DNA from: Bdellovibrionota bacterium
GTDB lineage: Bacteria; Bdellovibrionota_C; UBA2361; JBGSMV01
Direction of reading: 5' to 3'
DNA length: 10,685 nt
Assembly: GCA_044356455.1 (NCBI GenBank)
Contig: JBIKWF010000133.1
Span: 1 to 10,685, forward strand
In this document: positions 8,236 through 10,685 of the stretch, in pieces
Layout of the letters: the number at the start of each line of letters is the position of its first letter
Position numbering within the stretch: position 1 is the first letter of the stretch
Program-made: the position numbers and the translations under genes
Notes under the pieces: model-generated
Told to the model about the DNA's origin: nothing
Database searches by the model: none
What the model saw: only the letters and a program-made list of their open reading frames with translations

Positions 8236-10506
8236 ATGATTGCCGCGTTAGCTGCGCTTTTTGTTGTTTGCCTCCCTGCTTTTTTTGCTCGCCCGGCGAT
8301 TGCCTATGCACTCACCGTTTCAGGTGCAAAGCGCAGCATGCCGATTACCACCATCTCGCTGCTGACCGGTCCGGTCATCTTTCTGCTATTTTTTTCGCTA
8401 TGGGGGCGAGTGTTACCTGGCTACGGGTGGTCGCTGGCAGCGGCATTACTTACCCTCGGTACGGCCAGCTTCCTGCTCAGCAAGAGACGAGTTGGGTACC
8501 TAGTGAGCAATGATCGCCCCTTTTTAATGAGCTTTCTAGCTCTCTTTTGCATTGCGTATTTTCTTAGGACACATTGGCCAGCGCTGCACTGGGAGAACTC
8601 CGTACAGCGCCTAGGGGTAGAGCGGCTATTTAACTTATCTTTGCAACAGTCGTTTCTATATTCGGAGAACTGGCCGCCTAACAATATCTGGTTACACGGA
8701 GAGCCTGTTCAGTATCATCTGTTGCTGCGGGCGGCGCCCGGCATCGCGAGCTGGTTAGCACGAGTGGTGTTTGGCTCCCCGCTCATGGGCGGCGCGCTCT
8801 ATCTTATCTTCGATGCCCTCTATCTCACCCTAGCCCCATTGGCGGTGGCAGCGTGGGGATTTGTCTTGATGTCCACGTTAGCTTCTCGCTCTGACGGAAT
8901 CTCAAAGATTGCGGAACGGAGGTGTGTGATAGTGTCGCTCTTAGTCGGAGCGCTCACCTTTTTTGCGCCGCACGGGGCTGCATTACTAGCGGGCCTCAGC
9001 GCGCTGTGGAGCGGAACGACGGTCGACTTCTGGATGATTCAACATGAAGTCGTAAAGGGAACAGTGAACTTTTTCCCGTTTGGTTTGCTGCTCTCCGGCG
9101 AGAGCCACTCGTATGCCCAGGCGCCGTTTCTCCAGGTGTGTTTGTGGGGAAGCGTAATGTGGCAACTTTGCACCCCATTCTCAACCGTACGTGCTCTTCT
9201 TACCGGCATGCTCGCGTCGGCACTTGCCATGGCGCATCCAGCGAGCGCCTTATTGGCGGCGAGTGGATTATCTCTCGCAGTTGGAGTGGTGCTAGCAAGC
9301 TGCTTTCGCTCAGAGGGAAAAGAGAGTTTTCTGCGAACGGCTGGCTCTCTCGGTATCAGCGCTGCGTGCGCTGCGCTCTTATATCTTCCAAGTTACCTCA
9401 CCTTAAACCCGCCACAGACCCGGTGGGTTTGGGTTACGGATGAGTTAACGAGCCCTGCGGTACCGTTTCTCACCGCTCAAGCAGCGCCGCTAGTTATTAC
9501 GGCAATCTTTCTCTTGGTGGGACTTCAGTTCCAAGGATTTATCGCTGCCGTTAAGAAAAACTTCGCTACTATTTTTTCAGTTGGTTTCTTGGTCGTTATC
9601 GCAGCAGCGCTTTCAAGGCCAGCGATCGGGATTACCATTCTTTTGTTCTCCTTGATTGGACTATCGGGTCGCAGGGCAGGTGTGAGTGAGAGCAACCGCG
9701 CCGCTGCGTTCGCTATCGGGGTTGCTATAGCCTGGCTGCTTCCTGAGATTGTCGTCTCTGACTGGGCCATCGATAACCGAACGGATTGGGTTCGGTTCAA
9801 TACCGTGATGCGCTTTTGGCTGGATGGTTATTATTTAGTGCCGCTTTTGGCGGTAGTGCTTTCAGGCCTTCCCGCTTTAGAATCGGTGGCTCGGTACCGC
9901 ACCCTGTGTTGGTCGCTGTGCACGGCTCTTCTCGTGAGCGTGTTTTCACTCTATCCGTTGTTGCGTAATCGCCTCGAGAGAACACCTGAGTTAAAGAGCT
10001 CAGATGGTTTTGCCTTCTTATCAAAGGAGAACGCGGTTGACTGGTGGATCGTCGACTATCTGGCGCGGCTTCCGGGCCAAGTTGTTCTAGGCGAGACCTG
10101 CGGCACAGGCACCTCGCCGCTTGTGCCTTATCACTATGGAATGCCAGGACGACTCTCTGCGTTCTCGGGTCGGCCCTCGGTGTGCGGGTGGGCTCGCCAC
10201 ACCTGGATGTTCCAGCCTGTTTTTACTAAGGGAGCTAAAAGAGGTGAAAACATTTGGCCTTCTTTTTTGGCATACGAGCAGGCGCTAGGTACAATCTACA
10301 CAAGCAATAGTCAGCCAGAATTACAGCGAGCAGTGACAAGCCTAATCGATCGCGGAGTGACGCACCTCGCGTTTGGGGAATTAGAGGGGCGAGTCTTCGG
10401 GAATGTTGACCTAAGGCGCGTAGCGGAGCGCATTCACGGGACGGTAGTGCTTAATCCAAAACACGGGTACGGAGTGATTGCGCTAGTCGTTGGTTCTAGC
10501 TTGTAG
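8236..10506 (+). CDS. DUF2298 / Chlor_Arch_YYY-family polytopic membrane protein (putative GT-C-fold glycosyltransferase), divergent
   Basis: The protein has many hydrophobic segments, and the family motifs appear in the expected order: GVERLFNLSLQQSFLYSENWPPNNIWLHGEPVQYH (cf. GEKxMDxAFLNA...PPxDPWxAG..INYYY), GTVNFFPFGLLLSGESHSY (cf. TINEFP..FL.GDLHAH), RFNTVMRFWLDGY (cf. RMNTVFKFY), DGFAFL, and RLSAFSGRPSVCGWARH (cf. RISAxTGLPTVLGWxxHE). The start is placed at ATG 8236, 5 nt after GGAGG; the ORF track starts at TTG 8224. Confidence 0.82.
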   Translation: MIAALAALFVVCLPAFFARPAIAYALTVSGAKRSMPITTISLLTGPVIFLLFFSLWGRVLPGYGWSLAAALLTLGTASFLLSKRRVGYLVSNDRPFLMSFLALFCIAYFLRTHWPALHWENSVQRLGVERLFNLSLQQSFLYSENWPPNNIWLHGEPVQYHLLLRAAPGIASWLARVVFGSPLMGGALYLIFDALYLTLAPLAVAAWGFVLMSTLASRSDGISKIAERRCVIVSLLVGALTFFAPHGAALLAGLSALWSGTTVDFWMIQHEVVKGTVNFFPFGLLLSGESHSYAQAPFLQVCLWGSVMWQLCTPFSTVRALLTGMLASALAMAHPASALLAASGLSLAVGVVLASCFRSEGKESFLRTAGSLGISAACAALLYLPSYLTLNPPQTRWVWVTDELTSPAVPFLTAQAAPLVITAIFLLVGLQFQGFIAAVKKNFATIFSVGFLVVIAAALSRPAIGITILLFSLIGLSGRRAGVSESNRAAAFAIGVAIAWLLPEIVVSDWAIDNRTDWVRFNTVMRFWLDGYYLVPLLAVVLSGLPALESVARYRTLCWSLCTALLVSVFSLYPLLRNRLERTPELKSSDGFAFLSKENAVDWWIVDYLARLPGQVVLGETCGTGTSPLVPYHYGMPGRLSAFSGRPSVCGWARHTWMFQPVFTKGAKRGENIWPSFLAYEQALGTIYTSNSQPELQRAVTSLIDRGVTHLAFGELEGRVFGNVDLRRVAERIHGTVVLNPKHGYGVIALVVGSSL

Positions 10507-10514
10507 CTGCCTAG

Positions 10515-10580
10515 GGAACCTCTGAAAAACCTCGATACTTTATTCATTCTCTCTGTGCTCTCTGTGTCCTTGTAAGTTCC
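10515..10580. mobile_element. Partial or degenerate copy of the 5013-5140 MITE-like element
   Basis: CTAG is followed by GGAACCTCTGAAAAACCTCGATACTTTATTCA (10515-10546), which is 27/32 identical to the reverse complement of 5109-5140. Next come CTCTCTGTGCTCTCTGTGTCCT and a possible residual end, AAGTTCC (10574-10580). Confidence 0.65.
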
Positions 10581-10685
10581 TATTTGGCAGGTACCACCGG
10601 TGCACGGTAGGTATCAGATGCCCGCGGTGTGGGAGTTCGATCCGTGTCCGGAATATCTTTGAAGAGAGTTCGGCACAGAGCGCGA

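Noticed and set aside
8118..8513. 131-aa Cys-rich ORF overlapping the DUF2298 start, and the other short ORFs inside rsmB, the 735-aa gene and the DUF2298 gene
   Set aside because: These are alternative frames within well-supported genes, with no recognisable motifs. The 8118 ORF also runs over the predicted promoter.
10620..10652. tRNA-like GTTCGATCC motif
   Set aside because: The flanks do not form a T-stem, and no acceptor, D or anticodon arm could be built.

Overview
A bacterial chromosomal window with no RNA genes. From left to right it holds: (1) a 140-aa gene that looks like an internally deleted AAA_14/DUF4143 protein, with a Walker A motif fused straight onto the PD-(D/E)XK-like tail; (2) a convergent rsmB/sun 16S rRNA m5C methyltransferase; (3) a large minus-strand orphan with a degenerate GHKL (HATPase-like) domain followed by a helical, possibly HEAT-like region; (4) a small hypothetical ORF; (5) a 128-bp MITE-like element with GGAAC...GTTCC ends and a TTAG duplication; (6) two divergently transcribed, paralogous, secreted Thr-rich collagen-like proteins (29 and 125 uninterrupted Gly-X-Y triplets) that share Cys-containing N- and C-terminal domains; (7) a divergent DUF2298 (Chlor_Arch_YYY-type, probably GT-C fold) membrane protein; and (8) a second, partial MITE copy. 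The best candidate for an undescribed system is the collagen pair plus the DUF2298 protein, read as a surface-fibre and fibre-glycosylation module. Unexpectedly, the DUF2298 promoter carries what look like tandem NrdR boxes. All family assignments come from motif recognition by eye; no searches were run.
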